Source: Antedon mediterranea (lineage: Eukaryota; Animalia; Echinodermata). From it: DNA of 64,000 nt. The stretch covers positions 2,496,422 to 2,560,421 of the forward strand of contig NC_092678.1 in assembly GCF_964355755.1 (NCBI RefSeq), written 5' to 3'. Both the position numbers and the translations under genes were made by a program. A model generated the notes under the pieces. That model made no database searches. It saw nothing but the letters and a program-made list of their open reading frames with translations, and was not told the DNA's origin. Below, piece by piece: positions 1 to 14,043 of the stretch (within the stretch, counting starts at the first letter, position 1; every line of letters starts with the position of its first letter).

Positions 1-150
1 AATCCAAAGCCATAACATCGGCAAGTCTTCTCGGATAAGGACTATAAACCGTAGGTCCAGTGTACATCTGGCTCATGTGCACTTTAAGAACCTAGTACAT
101 CTTTCGAGACGAGTAGGGGGTTACCCCGGTGTACTAATTCATACATACAC
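1..150 (+). mobile_element. DeuSINE-like (Deu/Nin-domain) SINE fragment
   Basis: TCGGATAAGGACTATAAACCGTAGGTCC...GAGTAGGGGGTTACCCCGGTGTAC resembles the Deu domain of AmnSINE1-type SINEs; a reverse copy lies at ~50850-51042 and a partial copy at ~50264-50324. Confidence 0.7.
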
Positions 151-308
151 AATGTTGTGGACAGACGTAATGGCGCCGTAGTTGGCTGCTGATGACACGA
201 TGTGACCCTTAGGGGAGAAAAATGTTGTTGAAAAGATGTTAACATCTAAGTCCACAGCGCCTTTGATCACTAATTGTTGCTGGAATTGGCGCTTTACAAA
301 TTTGTATA

Positions 309-438
309 TATATTACATCATACTGTATGTACAGTATATTACATCATACTGTATGTACAGTATATTACATCATACTGTATGTACAGTATATTACATCATA
401 CTGTATGTACAGTATATTACATCATACTGTATGTACAG
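309..438. repeat. 26-bp minisatellite x5 (TATATTACATCATACTGTATGTACAG)
   Basis: Five exact tandem copies; explains ORFs 236-532 and 274-468. Confidence 0.95.
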
Positions 439-1963
439 TATATGGTTACATTCCATCTTTCTGTTTAAAAGACTTTTGAGCATAAAAACCAGCATTATAG
501 TACAGTATAATATCCATGAAAAGTATTCATGATCGATACAGCATGACTATGAAATAACATCTCAATAACTATGCATAATAATTCATATTCTAGCTGCAGG
601 CAAGGGTTCCGTTTTTAATATGCTCTTCGGCAATCTAAGACATCGAAGGGTTGTTTTGAGAAATAATTGAAAATAAACGAGAATTGCAGACGTAATAATA
701 TATGTAGAGCATTTTGCATGTATTCTATTCTTTGAAAGGTTTCAGGCGATTATATTTATATTTATATTCATTACTTTTTTACAGAAAAATATGTAAAATT
801 TGATAAATAACTTTGTCAAAATATTATATTATATAAGTTGATAATTACTGTATTTCATTACCAAATTAATTCCATTTCATACAATGTTCTTTTTTTTCTT
901 TTAATGAATTAATATTTTTATAAATTGGTTTTCAATTTTATTTTTCACTTTTCATTTATTAAAAAATAAAGCAAACTAATTTGCAGAAAATTAAGTAAAA
1001 ATTTGAAGGAAAGTTAAAATTGTATTCAATTTGGTTTGGATCCTTCATTGTGGTAAACAAAGTTATTTTCATTTCATAATCCTATAGTATATTAGGATTA
1101 TTATTAAAACAGTATAATGTTACTTTGTGTTAACATTAATTTATTTTTAGTGATGACATTTGTAAAGTATTTTCTTAGAAATTAGACAGGACATTAAATC
1201 TTAAAGCGTTGAGCATACTGACCTACTTTAGTGTTAATGTCTGTAGATCTCATGTATTAGTTGGTCACTATCCTTTGTTGTATGTATAAATATAATTTAT
1301 GCAATGAAATTGCTTTTAATATTTGAAGCATTGTATACAGTAGGAATAATAATATAATAATAATGATATATTCATTCTTTAATAATTAATTCTGTTTTAT
1401 GCATACTCTGGAAGCACTATGTTGTGTGTGCACACACCATTAATATTAAATCTACATCCCAAGATGGTAGAGAATTCAAATTTGAGAGTTGAATCAAGAT
1501 GAAATTGAATTATTCTGGGTCATATTTTAATGATCATTGAATAATTAATACATTAATTAATTCTGAAGTATTATTTAAAATAATTAGATTGTTACTTCTT
1601 ACACCATGCAATTTGTAGACAGATCCATTAAAGAACAGCTCAGATACAAAATAACAATATTATACCTTTTTTAAAAACACCATCTACACTGACAATTGTC
1701 TCGCATGCTATCTGCCAACTACAGTATGCCTGTCATAACATTACCAACATGTCCCAAAGCTCTGTAGATCGAAGGGTTTACCTGTGGCTGTGACATGATC
1801 AGTTCCACATGCCGCGGAGAATGTGTACATAGTACAGTACTGCTGGTATTTGTCGCAGCCAGGCATAAGATCAAAGGACTGTTATGAGTTCCTATATTGG
1901 CAAGGGGAACTCAGTGTCCTGATGATAGATTGTCTTGCATATACTAAATAGAGGTATCTCTAA

Positions 1964-2182
<219 letters not shown>

Positions 2183-2799
2183 TAACATTCAGTCTGTTTC
2201 ATGTCCACTGCAGTACCTGGATGAACTAACATTGGCCTATCTTTCTTAAGAGGAAGAGGACACATTAAAGCACTAAACTGCCACCCCCATCACCAAGTGG
2301 TAGCAACCCAATGATAATATTTTTTTTTCATTAATATACAATATTGTAATAGCAGTACAAAATGTTCGACAAGTAATTAATCTTTGTCAACTTGCTACTA
2401 AAATATACATGTATTGCTACTATCGATGTATTAGGCATGTTATTATTGTTATTCAATGTAGTTGATATGGTAATACAAGTTACAGTACATACAATGTAAT
2501 AGCTATAATGATAATGCCTACGCCTACGACTGGTTAATATACCTTTTACTAAGTTATTGTTACAATCCATTAACCTGTCAGAAAATGTGCATAATAAAGC
2601 ATTAATGATTTTAGTGTGTTGTTGTTGACCAATTTTCTGTGATGTATACTTTGTCGACAAAATAATCAACAATTATGGAGATAATCACACCCCATAGGGA
2701 ATGAATTTTCTACTTAAAAATACAATATCAAATAGTTATATTGTTGGCTGACCTGGTGTGAGGTCTAGCCAAAATATATCTGTATGCAATAACTTCAAA

Positions 2800-2924
2800 A
2801 GCTCTGTCTACACTATCAAACTGTATGTGACAACAACATTTTCTGTGCCCATATATGGACATGATTACATCATATTACTACCATATTTGGGCACATCACA
2901 TGGTTTGATAGTGTAGACAGAGCT
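2800..2924. mobile_element. PIF/Harbinger (Tourist-like) MITE family A
   Basis: TIR AGCTCTGTCTACACTATCAAAC...GTTTGATAGTGTAGACAGAGCT; about ten copies in the window. Confidence 0.85.
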
Positions 2925-2977
2925 TAAGGTAAAAATGATGATTTAACATTGCATATTGTTTGTGTTTATTATTCTAG

Positions 2978-3052
2978 AATCACACATCCTCATATTGTAC
3001 AGCTGAAGGAACTGTTTGAAAGCAAGAGTAGTGTTTACCTTGTCATTCAACT
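2978..3052 (+). CDS. CAMK1: CaMKI exon (ITHPHIVQLKELFESKSSVYLVIQL)
   Basis: ttctAG/GTAAGT, 75 bp, phase 2-2, kinase subdomains IV-V; not in the ORF track. Confidence 0.93.
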
Positions 3053-3159
3053 GTAAGTTTTTTATTCAAGTTTAATTTAATTAGTCATGTTGTGGCCTGG
3101 TGGTTCATGATAAGAAATACATTGTAATGTAATGTAACCATTTGTTTGGTAGTCTAATC

Positions 3160-3475
3160 ATTCTATCTCCCACCCATCCCATGTTCTCTCATCTCCAAAA
3201 TGTCATCTCATATTTACCCTCCCCATCATCCCTCTTCCTCATATTTTCCCCATTCCTTGTATCTACCCAGCGCTCATCTCCAACACGGCCCATACAGTAT
3301 CTCAAACATTTCCTCTAATTTCCAAAATATCCTTTCTGTTCATCATCGCTCCTAAAATCCCTCTCCCTCAAATATCTCCCACCCATATATCCCAACCCAT
3401 TATACTGTATATCCCAACCCCTCATATGTCTCCAGCCAACACACCTCCTACATTTCCTCCACTTCCCTATATCCA
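3160..3475. repeat. Pyrimidine(C)-rich low-complexity tract
   Basis: Degenerate CCC/CTC/CATAT units, almost no G. Confidence 0.7.
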
Positions 3476-5033
3476 ACAGAGGTCATTTACTCAAGTACAG
3501 TACGACAAGTCTCAGGTTTTCTTTAGAAAATTAATATAATAGTTTTATGTACTGTAGTTTATTGTTCCAAATACTAGTGTCGCCAAAATCTGTGTTGCCT
3601 ATTCACATTTCAATGTAAATAACATCATTAAATATTTTATGATATTTTTCCTTGTTTTGCACACAGCATAAGTCTATTTTATGCTTTGCAATAACAGTAG
3701 GTAAAAGAGAGCGACAACATCAAAATGTATAAGTCTATTTCATGCCTAGCTTACCGGGATAAACCGACAAATGACATTATTCCTAATTGTGTTAATCGAT
3801 ATTTTGCATACAGGTTATTTTTGGAATAATAACACAAGTCTGTTTTTGCATTTTAAAAAGAAATTGGTTGATGGATGCGCCTTATGTAAGCTAGCATCTA
3901 AGAAAAAATATTAAACATAAAAACTATGAAATATTGTCAGTCTTGTCAATAAATTAATGATTTCTTTCATTCCTCCTGAAAATTTCTTTTCAAAAGGTTA
4001 TTTTTCTTAAACCATACTACTTCTTTTTCAATCAGGGCTTCTTTTCAAGATGACCTTTGACCTTTTCTTCCAGTGGTCCTTTTAAGCTTGGTTCTCACTA
4101 GGACGTAACGCAAAGACATATATTTGACCAATGGCAAGTGACAGTTCAAATAATACTTTTTTATATGAACTTTTCAATCAAACTCCTGGTCAAGATAGAT
4201 CTATTTTAATACAGGATTTTTACCTATTCTGTACAGTGGGATTTTTACCCTTTTTTGTAATACACTACAGTGTTGCTATATCAGTGCTAAGCTCTTACAG
4301 CAGCAGCTGTCCACGTGTGTCATAACTAGCAAACTAGCAATTAAACTACAACCATGCACAATTACCATAATTAGAAACGTTAATTATAACAAGACTATAT
4401 TAATCATTAATTATAATGGATCTTTAATGCTTTCTCTTCTGTATTAAAAATGGTAGTATGATTAAAAATTGATTATTTCTTATAATATATAATATTATGT
4501 ACTTAATAAATTGTGTAAAATTATAATAGATTTTTAACGTTTCAATGAATGAAAGGTCGTTACAGAGCTTCACCCCACCCCTGTTTAATAGTGATATAAA
4601 AAAGGTCATTTTGTACATTATTTTCTAACTCTGACCTCCAATGCTCCCTCTCCTTCTACCCTTTCTAATATCTTAGTTCCGTTTCTACTGCCGTAACAAG
4701 CACTTAACATTTACTAGCAGTTTGCAGATTTCATCTCTCATCTTTCTGTCTAGCGCCAATGTCAATTGAGTCTATTGAACCAACATACATATACCTGAGT
4801 CTTTCACCTGTTATGCAAATTTTGTCATACAGGTATTAGTGATTTTTAGTGACTTCACTCAGATTATTTGTTACAAACGCTGTAGATAATGTATGTTTTG
4901 CTTGCCATACAATTGACATACTTGATTGGTTGAAGGTCACAGTTTCATTATTAAAAGATTGCGATCAGAATTCAGGTCATCAATGTTGTGACATCATCAA
5001 TAGACTGGACAGTATCAGTGATATTGATTATTG

Positions 5034-5170
5034 ATGACAATGATTTACTTGCCCACCAGTGACAATTGGTGATATACTAGCCCACCAGTGACAATTGATG
5101 ATCGAATAGCCCTCCAGTCACAATTGATGATTGGCTAGCCCACCAGTGACAATTGATGATTGGCTAGCAT
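5034..5170. repeat. ~29-bp minisatellite (GCCCACCAGTGACAATTGATGATTGGCTA), 4-5 copies
   Basis: Diverged tandem copies visible directly. Confidence 0.85.
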
Positions 5171-5204
5171 CAAGAGGTTGTGTACGCCATACTACAGTAT
5201 TCCA

Positions 5205-5371
5205 TAAGGTTTATCACAAATAGCTTGATTTTGGGAGGAAGGTCATTGCACAATGCATGATGGGAAGGGTTCGGGAGCAAATATCACTATGCCTACGCAC
5301 AAACAACAAATCATGTACGTACAGTACAGTTTTTCACCATGTGTCGCGCACGCTATTTGCGATAAACCTTA
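5205..5371. mobile_element. Short MITE-like element
   Basis: Inverted termini TAAGGTTTATCACAAATAGC / GCTATTTGCGATAAACCTTA. Confidence 0.65.
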
Positions 5372-5907
5372 TTTATTCAGGAATATAAAGTCAGTTTATA
5401 ACATATTGTCTAGGCACTGATCAGTTTTCATATTGAGCCTGCTAGCACATTACTAATTAGGAGAGGTACCAGATGCTTGGCAAGTACTAAAACGAGACTA
5501 GATTTAACAGCTTGTCTTTTAGCCTCTCACGATATCACACATTATACAGTAGAAAACAATTGCCTCACTACCAATTGTTGTAAATCAAATCAATATTGTA
5601 AGGTGACTTTAATACTGATTGCTAAAATTATGATAATGATGAAAGGAGTGCAAAATGCAGTCATGTTCACTAATTTAATCTTTCAGCATCATTTCGTATA
5701 TGGGCGATCATCCATGAAACGTAACTTGTTCGGCCATGGGTAATTAATTCAGCCATGATTACATAATTACATAAAAGAAAGCAATGTAATTTGCAAAAAT
5801 TGGTAATGCTGATTACATCAAAATTGTTGTTGTATGCATAATTGTGGGATACTGTGTTAAAACCTTTTTTCAGATATCCAATGATTATCATGATAAAATA
5901 GAATAGA

Positions 5908-6141
5908 AGGAACCGTCAAAATTATTCTACTGCAGTTACTGCAGTATCTACATTTTGTTTACTCTTTAACCTGTTTATGCAATATTTATAGTAAGCTGAA
6001 TAATCATACACACTTTTTATTGCAGTATTTGCCTCATAAACTTCCTTATTCAAACAAACTAAAATCATACATTGTTGCAACCAGAAAATGTAGTTACTGT
6101 ACTTCAGTAAATGCAGTACAATAATTTTAACACAATCCCTA
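5908..6141. mobile_element. MITE with ACTGCAGT subterminal repeats (possibly hAT-like)
   Basis: Imperfect TIRs AGGAACCGTCAAAATTATTCTACTGCA / TGCAGTACAATAATTTTAACACAATCCCT; a related copy at ~9671-9872 begins TAGGGA. Confidence 0.6.
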
Positions 6142-6250
6142 GTAAAATACTTTTTTTTTTAGGCAGAATTACTATGGATATTTCATTTATATATTCTTAT
6201 AATATATTTGATGTAAATTGAAGATAAATACTTACACTTAACACTTGTAA

Positions 6251-6363
6251 AGCTCTGTGTACGCTATCAAACTTTATGTGACAAAACAAAAATGTGATCA
6301 CTATACCATATTTGAGCACATCATACTTTTTTGTCAAACTAATTTACTAGTGTAGACAGAGCT
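6251..6363. mobile_element. Harbinger MITE family A
   Basis: AGCTCTG...CAGAGCT with TAA TSD on both sides. Confidence 0.85.
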
Positions 6364-8170
6364 TAAAGTTAGTACTTAAGTAAGTAAGTAGGAATAACTC
6401 CCGGGAATGATTCGTCAATCTTGGGTTTTGCCATTTAGAGGAAGGGGTGTTGGAAGATGTTTATGGAACTGGGAGCATATTGCACTATGTATTGTGTTTA
6501 TGATTTTACATTGATGGTTGTGATAAGCATACAATAGATTTACCATCCTTACAGTGAAGGTGTAGTAGGTCTATTTGTGTCAAGAAGGAAGGAAACACAG
6601 ACTTCCTTATACCATATATGGTTTATGGCTATACTTTTTCTGTGGAAGGTTTGTCTAGTGTGCTTTAGCCTAAAAATCTTAAGTTTGTTTAATTTAATTT
6701 TGCTTACGTAAGTTTTAAAAATAACCTAAGCAAATAATTTGACTTGTTTTTTAAAATGACTAGAACCTCTAGGTAAAAGAATTTAATTAATTTTTTTTAC
6801 ATAATTTATTTATGGATATTTCTGGATGGAGTAGGAGGACAGGAACGACATTTATGCTTGAAGCCCCGCCCACCTTCACCAATCGCCATGACATTTATGC
6901 ACAAACAACTTCATAACTTTAATTATATTTGATAGAAATATATCAACTTTCACTTGCAGCAGTTTTAATTGTAATATATTTAATCCATCTTCTCTTAAAC
7001 TTAAATCGATTTATTATAGATTTTTTGTAAGATTCAGAGGTGAAGTGCAAAATGACTTTTTGTATTGCGAGATGTAAATCATTAGCACTAATTAGGTGAA
7101 GTCGTCAACAAATTTGTCAAGTCGATAAAATAAGGGGTTACATTTATCTCTGTTGACAGTAGTGGAGTAGTCTTGAGAGGCTATCGCAGGAATTGGACAT
7201 GTTGAAGCCTTTGATTTACTGCACCATGTTAAGAGTGTCTGTCAATGTTGGAAATGTACCAATTTGTATTCAGGAATTAAGTAGCTAGACGACTTCAGTA
7301 CTATTGACTTATAGTAGTAAAAGACTCATGGGTGGAACAAAAATATCTCCTTGTAAATGTAAGGCTGACAACATTTGCTGTATATGTGGAGTTATACAGT
7401 AGATCTTCATACAAAAATATAAGAACATAAATTTAGTACTTAGGAAAGAAGGCAAGTGTCATTTGTATCAAAATTGCGGTTTGCAAGCCTTAAGAATTAA
7501 GAATTGTGGTTGAATTTTTATGATAGTGTTTCAAGAGGGAAACTATGTAAAAAAACCATGTCATATCTGGTGTAATAATAGTGTTCTCAATGCCCAAGTA
7601 GTATAAAGTACAAAATTACGTCAGTAGGGCAAACATCTGACCAATCTTGTAACTCCCTGGCACAAAGCTACTCCACAGTAGTTAAATACAATAAGTAGAT
7701 GCTGTGTTTGAATTGAATTTGTAATAACAACATAATACAGTAATCGTAGTGTATTATTGTTTCCCTTTATGAAACCAGCCTGCTTACATACAATAAGTAT
7801 TGAATAGAGAGACCTCAACCTGTTCTTTTATTCTCCATTCAAAATGTATCAATAACTAGTGCTAGTTGCTATTCTTGTAATGCACAGTGAATAGCAGTTC
7901 TGAAAATAATATACAGTACTTAGTATTAAAGTTCTTATTATATTATGGCATTGTGGCGAGAAGAAAGGTTTATTTAGGGTTTAGTTCAGTCAAAAATTGC
8001 TATCTATTTCATTCTGATATGTTACAAGCACAAGAAACAAACAAAATATTATCTTGACATTTGTATAAATAATAATAATACAAATTATATCGTTATTCCA
8101 AAATACTAAAAGACAAACAAAATTGTTTGTTGTATGAAACAATGTTCCAACTGCTACCTGTACTTACAAG

Positions 8171-8200
8171 CATGGAGGTATATATATTTATACCTCCATG
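8171..8200. mobile_element. 30-bp TIR-only element with 7-bp TSD (P-element-like ends)
   Basis: CATGGAGGTATA-tatatt-TATACCTCCATG flanked by direct repeat TTACAAG (8164-8170, 8201-8207). Confidence 0.7.
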
Positions 8201-10753
8201 TTACAAGGAAAGAACATTGCATGCCATTTAATATGTAACATTACTACAGTATGTATAGGCTTTCTGTAATGTGTCTAACAAAGTATTACGATCGCTTTTT
8301 TACAAACTTGTTTTTCCAAACACCATTGTAATACGGATGTTGTTCGACAATGTGAATTTTCATTAAGGTTTTAATATTTCAAAATGCATTTAAATAAAAT
8401 GAAATAAGTTGTTTTTTTCACGCATACATGATGTCGTGAATTACTTAGGTTTTTACGTGACTGAAATGTATAAAAGGTGTTAAATTGATGCGCACATAAA
8501 AATGTGTCTATCTTTAGTAAAATGTCGCGTCAATGTCTTATGTAATAGGTGAAAAGCATTTTACACTCTAGTACAAAAATGAAATAAATATTACTGTTCC
8601 ATGGTTGTCACAGGTAGTCATAAATATTTTCTGATACACATATATGTAAACAATTCCTAATGGTTGTTTTTTTCATATATTTATTAATTTGCTTTTTACA
8701 AAATTTTTTGAAATTACAATTTTTTTATAGTGTTATAATAAAACAAATATTATTCCAGCTGTGATTTTATAATTTTTTTTCATAATATTTATAAATCAAA
8801 TCAATTTATATGTGTTGTTGTGTTAGGCTAATGCTATACAATAACATTATATTTCCTAATAGATTTTTTTCATTTGATTTTTCCCAATATAAAATGACTA
8901 ATTTGCTATAAAAAAATTTAATAATTTAATTTATACAGTTTTTTATATTATTATTATTCCTGCAGTGAGAGTGATTTTATATTATATTTTGTCATAATAT
9001 TCATAAATCAATTCATATGTGTTGTTGTGTTAGGCCATATGAAATGTGTGGATAATCATATCAGAACAATTTTCTATTGACGTCAAAGAATAAAACAACT
9101 GATGAGGTGGCCTTGACTTGTTCAATCCTCCATCACGTCATCCTCTCAATAACTAATTAAAGATTCTGCTAATTAAACATTTATATTGATTTGGATTTTT
9201 TTTATTCTATAGAATATAAATTTGTTGAATAATTTTTAAATAAATTATATCCATATTCTGCCAGTAGAATACAGTAGGATCAATTAATGTCAACATAATG
9301 CTTACAAACAATCAATTATATACAAACATGTTTTCACGGGCACTTCTTTTCCATCCCACTTCTAACATATTATTTTTATTTATGTTAATTGATAACAAGC
9401 GTAGGATGGCTTTGCTTGGCATGTGACAAATTTTAACAAAAACTGAAATTAATTAATAAAAATAACTTGCATACTATAAGTATTTTAAGTATGAATATTG
9501 ATTTGGTTTCTCTTAAGTACATTCAGAATGTGAACATACCTGAGAACCTGGTGGTCTAATGATAGAGTGTCTGATGTATTAAGCAGAAGAGTTTGAATCT
9601 TGGTTTTTTTAAACTTGCATATTATCATTTGCAGATTGCATGTTTCATATACAATAAAGCTGATTAAAACTAGGGAACATATCAAAAGTATTTTACTGCA
9701 ATTACTGCAGTAACTATACTATATTTGGTTTACTCTTTAACCGGTATTTGCAATTATCTTAGCTATCTTTTTTGGTAATTATCAATTATTGCAATGACTG
9801 CCTCATAAACTTTTACATCAAAATAACTTAAATCATACATTAAATTGCAGTAAAAAATGTAGTTTCTGCAATAATGTCAGATAACTTAGCTGATATAAAT
9901 TATTAAATATTGTTTGTATCCTTCAATGATATTAATTTTGAACTGCTATGACCTAGCGCATCAATAGCAATGTGAAGGAGAGCATACAACAAAAGAATGA
10001 ACTAGAATTTAATTCTAACTTATTATGAGAGCTGGTTAAATGTAGAAATGAATTCATATAAAAATTAATGAATTAAAACATTAGACCTGCTAATGTAAAA
10101 AGTGTATGAGTGCGCTACCGAGTTAATACTGCCATACAACCGCAGTAAGCCATGATTGTGATGATTGACGCACATCACATGACCATGTACGCCTGATATA
10201 CGCCTGCCGTGTGGCAATAGACAAACGACACTAAGCTACTTATCTTCTACGTTGTGTCTTGTACTAAGCCGTGCATGGCTTCAGTGACGTACATCCAGGC
10301 AAGGAGATTTGTGATGTTGCTAGAATATAATGCATAAACTATATACACCTGTTGGGATATAGCTGTGTTATTTGCTATATCACTCAGCAGGCAATAGCAG
10401 ATATGATAGAATAGGAGAATCAAAGCATCCTGTATGCTGTATCTTAATATGCATATAATACTTTATAAATTTAAAAAAACCAACATGGGTTAATGCCCTA
10501 ACCTGATCTGAGTACCGTAATGTCATAAATTGTCATAGATTATAGGAATTAGTGTTTCCAACAAAATGCTATATCTTAATACAGAATTTTTTTAATGAAC
10601 ATCCATCAAAATGTAATTTAGATAATGGATAATGGTTGGTTGTCATACTATCTTACGGTAAATTGATTTATAAATACTATATATATAACTTACACATTTT
10701 TATTACAATCATTATACTGTATCTGGCAGTGATTTGAGCTGTTATGTAATTAA

Positions 10754-11381
10754 AGACCCCTTCCCTGCAATTTTGGACGTTTTTTTGGAAAATAATACAT
10801 ATATATCACTTTAAAAACATTAAACCATGTCATTCCTTGTCTTAAATGTACGTTTTATGGTAAATTATGATAAAAAGTGAGAAACAATGCACTACCTAAG
10901 TAGCTTGCGGCAATCGACCTCTTGTGGACGGTCTTAGGCCTAGCCTAGCTAGGCTTAGTTTTGTAGGCCTAGCTGGTAAACATCGATAACGTACGAACAT
11001 CGTACGCTAGCTATATACCTAGCCTGACGTTGTATAGTTGCTGCATTAATTGTCTTTCTATTTTTGCCAGATTTCATTGATACAAATTGGGGAAAACCCG
11101 GTATTTTCGCTGAAAAGTTAGGAGTCTTCCATTTGTTTTGGCTTCACGATCGATCGAAAAGTGGGCGAATTACAGGTGAAAAACAAAAATATCAATCCGC
11201 GCGCAATGCATTTGGGATTTATATAGCGGGCCGCTATAATTATTAGAATCAATTTATTTTTCACATTTTTAACCGTTTAAAGACGAAAAAAGTTATCGCA
11301 ATAGGACCATATATTATTATTTTTACATTAAATATAGTTTGTGATCTTAAATTAGATCTAAAAAACGTAGGGAATGGGGCT
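10754..11381. mobile_element. Non-autonomous DNA transposon, Kolobok-like
   Basis: TTAA on both sides (10750-10753, 11382-11385); imperfect TIRs AGACCCCTTCCCTGC / GTAGGGAATGGGGCT; CpG-rich interior unlike the flanks. Confidence 0.7.
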
Positions 11382-11862
11382 TTAAGCAATTAGACAATGG
11401 TCATCATTTGTATACCACCTTTTTAATATTTATGAATTATATAACTTAATATATTAAATAGCATAATATGATTTAAATCTTTTATAACATTCATTAGGCA
11501 TATATGTACTGTATAGTATCTAATAATGATTTTACTAGCTATCAAATTTTTAAAATCTTTGTGGTCTAGTGATTAAAAGTGTTCTATATAAAGCAAGAGT
11601 TTGAATTTATCCAATAGAGTATACATATAAATAATAAATGTAATAAGATCTTTTTCATACAATGTGTATATAGCAACATATAAAATGTTGAGTCAACTGT
11701 GATTAAAATGTGACTACTGTTTTGCAGTGTAGACTGAACTATTGGACTTGGAACATAGCATGAAAGCCACGATGCTGTTATAGTAGCATTTCACAGTATA
11801 TCAAGTCAAATCAGGTCAAATCATTACAGATACAAACATATTTTATCATGAATTATATAAGA

Positions 11863-13389
11863 CTAGATGGTACGCTCGCTTCGCTCGCGTACCATCTAGG
11901 TCGTGCCCACAGATGGTTCTCGAATACACAGTAATTTCAGCGTAAAAAAATTCTTTTTTTTAATGTACGTACTGCAGGATGATAATAGTTATTATTGTTT
12001 ACAGAAACGAATAAATAGACACGATGATTTATGTATTGAACTGAAATTAGCACACTGGAAATTACTTCCGAAAGAGAAACTTGTCACAAAATGAGTCCAA
12101 ATTTGTTATTTGGACTCATTTAAACAAACCCAATTTGTGTTTTGTGTGTAATATTAGGGTTGAGGGATGGGGAAGAGGATATGGGTACAAAGAAGAACAA
12201 TGTTTTAATATATTCTTTATCTACTCAGTAACGAAATATGTTTTTCATGTTTGATAGGCCTATAAATAATATACCACTTGATACAGTAACACATTTGCGA
12301 TTTAATACTTTGTTAAAACTGTCACTGTTATAGTCCATTGAAATAGCATGTACATGTAACGATACACGTACCACTACAACGTTTATATTCTTTGTAATTA
12401 TTAATTAATACAAACATTGAGAAGCAACTGTCAGTAGTACAGTTTATTTGTATATTGTACGTTTTGTATAACAGTAGGGCCTACTCACAGGCCTATAAAT
12501 AATATACCACTTGATACAGTAACACATTTGCGACTTAATACTTTATTGTTAAAACTGTCACTGTCATAGTCGATTGAAATAGAATACGGTAGTACATGTA
12601 ACGATACACGTACCACTACCGATCGTCAGACCTAGGTTCGAATCCAACTCTCGCCGCATTGCTTGTATCCGTAGGCAAGATACTTTACTTACGTTGCCTC
12701 TCTCCACCCAGGTGTATAAATGGGTACCCAGTTAGATCTACACACAACTTTGCGCTGGTTACCGGCTGCATTATGGGAGTATGTTTCCATACGTGTTTGA
12801 TCCCAAAAAAAATACTGGGGTAATAATGCTTGTAAAGCGCCTTTGAGCATGATTACTCATGAAAAGGGCGCTATATAAATGTGGTATTATTATTATTATT
12901 ATTATTACTTGTGTTAAAGCAAAGAGTTATTATTGGAATGTTCCATTCATCGGAAATCAATACATTTGTATAAATGTATATTAAATCTATCAAAATAGTA
13001 TGTTTTTAAGAAAATAGGTCTGTCTTCAACATTATGATGCTGTACTCGAGCTGTTCAACCGGTTTTCATCCATTAAAAACAATTATCATAGGAGGAGATA
13101 GGAAAATGCGAAGCATCCTCGTATTATTGTATGCGGGTATTTTTCAAGATAGACATGCATTGGACAGTGTATACCACGATCGGAAAACACCCCTATTTGG
13201 GGCAAATCTAAATTCGTTTTAATCGTCAATAACTAATTATCGAACTCCATTTAATTAGTAAACAGGGTTACATCAGGTGGTTAAAATCAGTATCGAAAGT
13301 ACGAACCAACTTTATATACCATCGAGTAAACATTCTAGAAGTAAGGCGCGATTTACCGAATTTTGCCCTTACGTAAATTTATATATAGA
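11863..13389 (-). mobile_element. Non-autonomous Helitron (~1.5 kb)
   Basis: Minus strand starts A|TCTATATAT (13389) and ends with a GC-rich hairpin (CTAGATGGTACGC-GAGCGAAGCGA-GCGTACCATCTAG) and CTAG|T at 11863; A/T target, no TSD. Confidence 0.8.
12627..12907 (+). mobile_element. 5'-truncated tRNA-derived SINE with L2-type tail, nested in the Helitron
   Basis: B box GGTTCGAATCC, central CTCTCTCCACCCAGGTGTATAAATGGGTACC domain, tail AAAGCGCCTTTGAG...GGCGCTATATAAAT followed by (TAT)n. Confidence 0.8.
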
Positions 13390-13911
13390 TGACCACAAGA
13401 ACTTCTCGGAATAGTGTAAATTACCATTTCTACATGAAAAGCAAACCTTTGGGCGTATTTTTATAAAATATGAAGTTTAAATCATCACTATCTTTGCGAT
13501 AGATATTGAGATTATAAACAACTTAATATTGCCTTAAATATCATAATTATATTGTCAATAAAAAGGTAATTAAAGGTATATCAAAATTGCCTGCAGCTGA
13601 ATTTTGTTTTTTTTTCTAAACTGGTTTTATAACAAGAATACAGTAAATCTCTAGTTTCCTATGCTTTTTTTTTTGGAAATATCAACACTATTTCATTTCT
13701 ATAATGTACCCCAGCAACAAATGATCTCACATTTTGCATTGTTTGAAAACATATTAGAAATTTTATGTTATAATATTCACCTGTTTCCCTTACTTTTTTC
13801 ATTTAAAGTTTGCTCATACTTTGCCTCAATTTCATAATTATTGCTTTATCATTTCCTTTGCATTCTGTCTTGTTTTTATGATTTCATATATAAAAAGTAG
13901 AAGTATATCTT

Positions 13912-14043
13912 GTGCCGAGCTTACCTGGATAAACCAATTGAGGCCATAGTTCATGGACTATACTATTTGTAGAAAGGGAATTCAATGAAAACTCCTCTTT
14001 TTGAGGAGAAATGCTATTGTTGGTTTATCCAGGTAAGCAGCAT
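13912..14043. mobile_element. MITE (TIR GCTTACCTGGATAAACCAA)
   Basis: Inverted termini GCTTACCTGGATAAACCAA / TTGGTTTATCCAGGTAAGC; related copies at ~3742-3897 and ~22828-22870. Confidence 0.75.

Noticed and set aside
9078-9085. Perfect CRE (TGACGTCA) in the large CaMKI intron as a feedback element
   Set aside because: A single 8-mer in 64 kb is compatible with chance; no conservation data.
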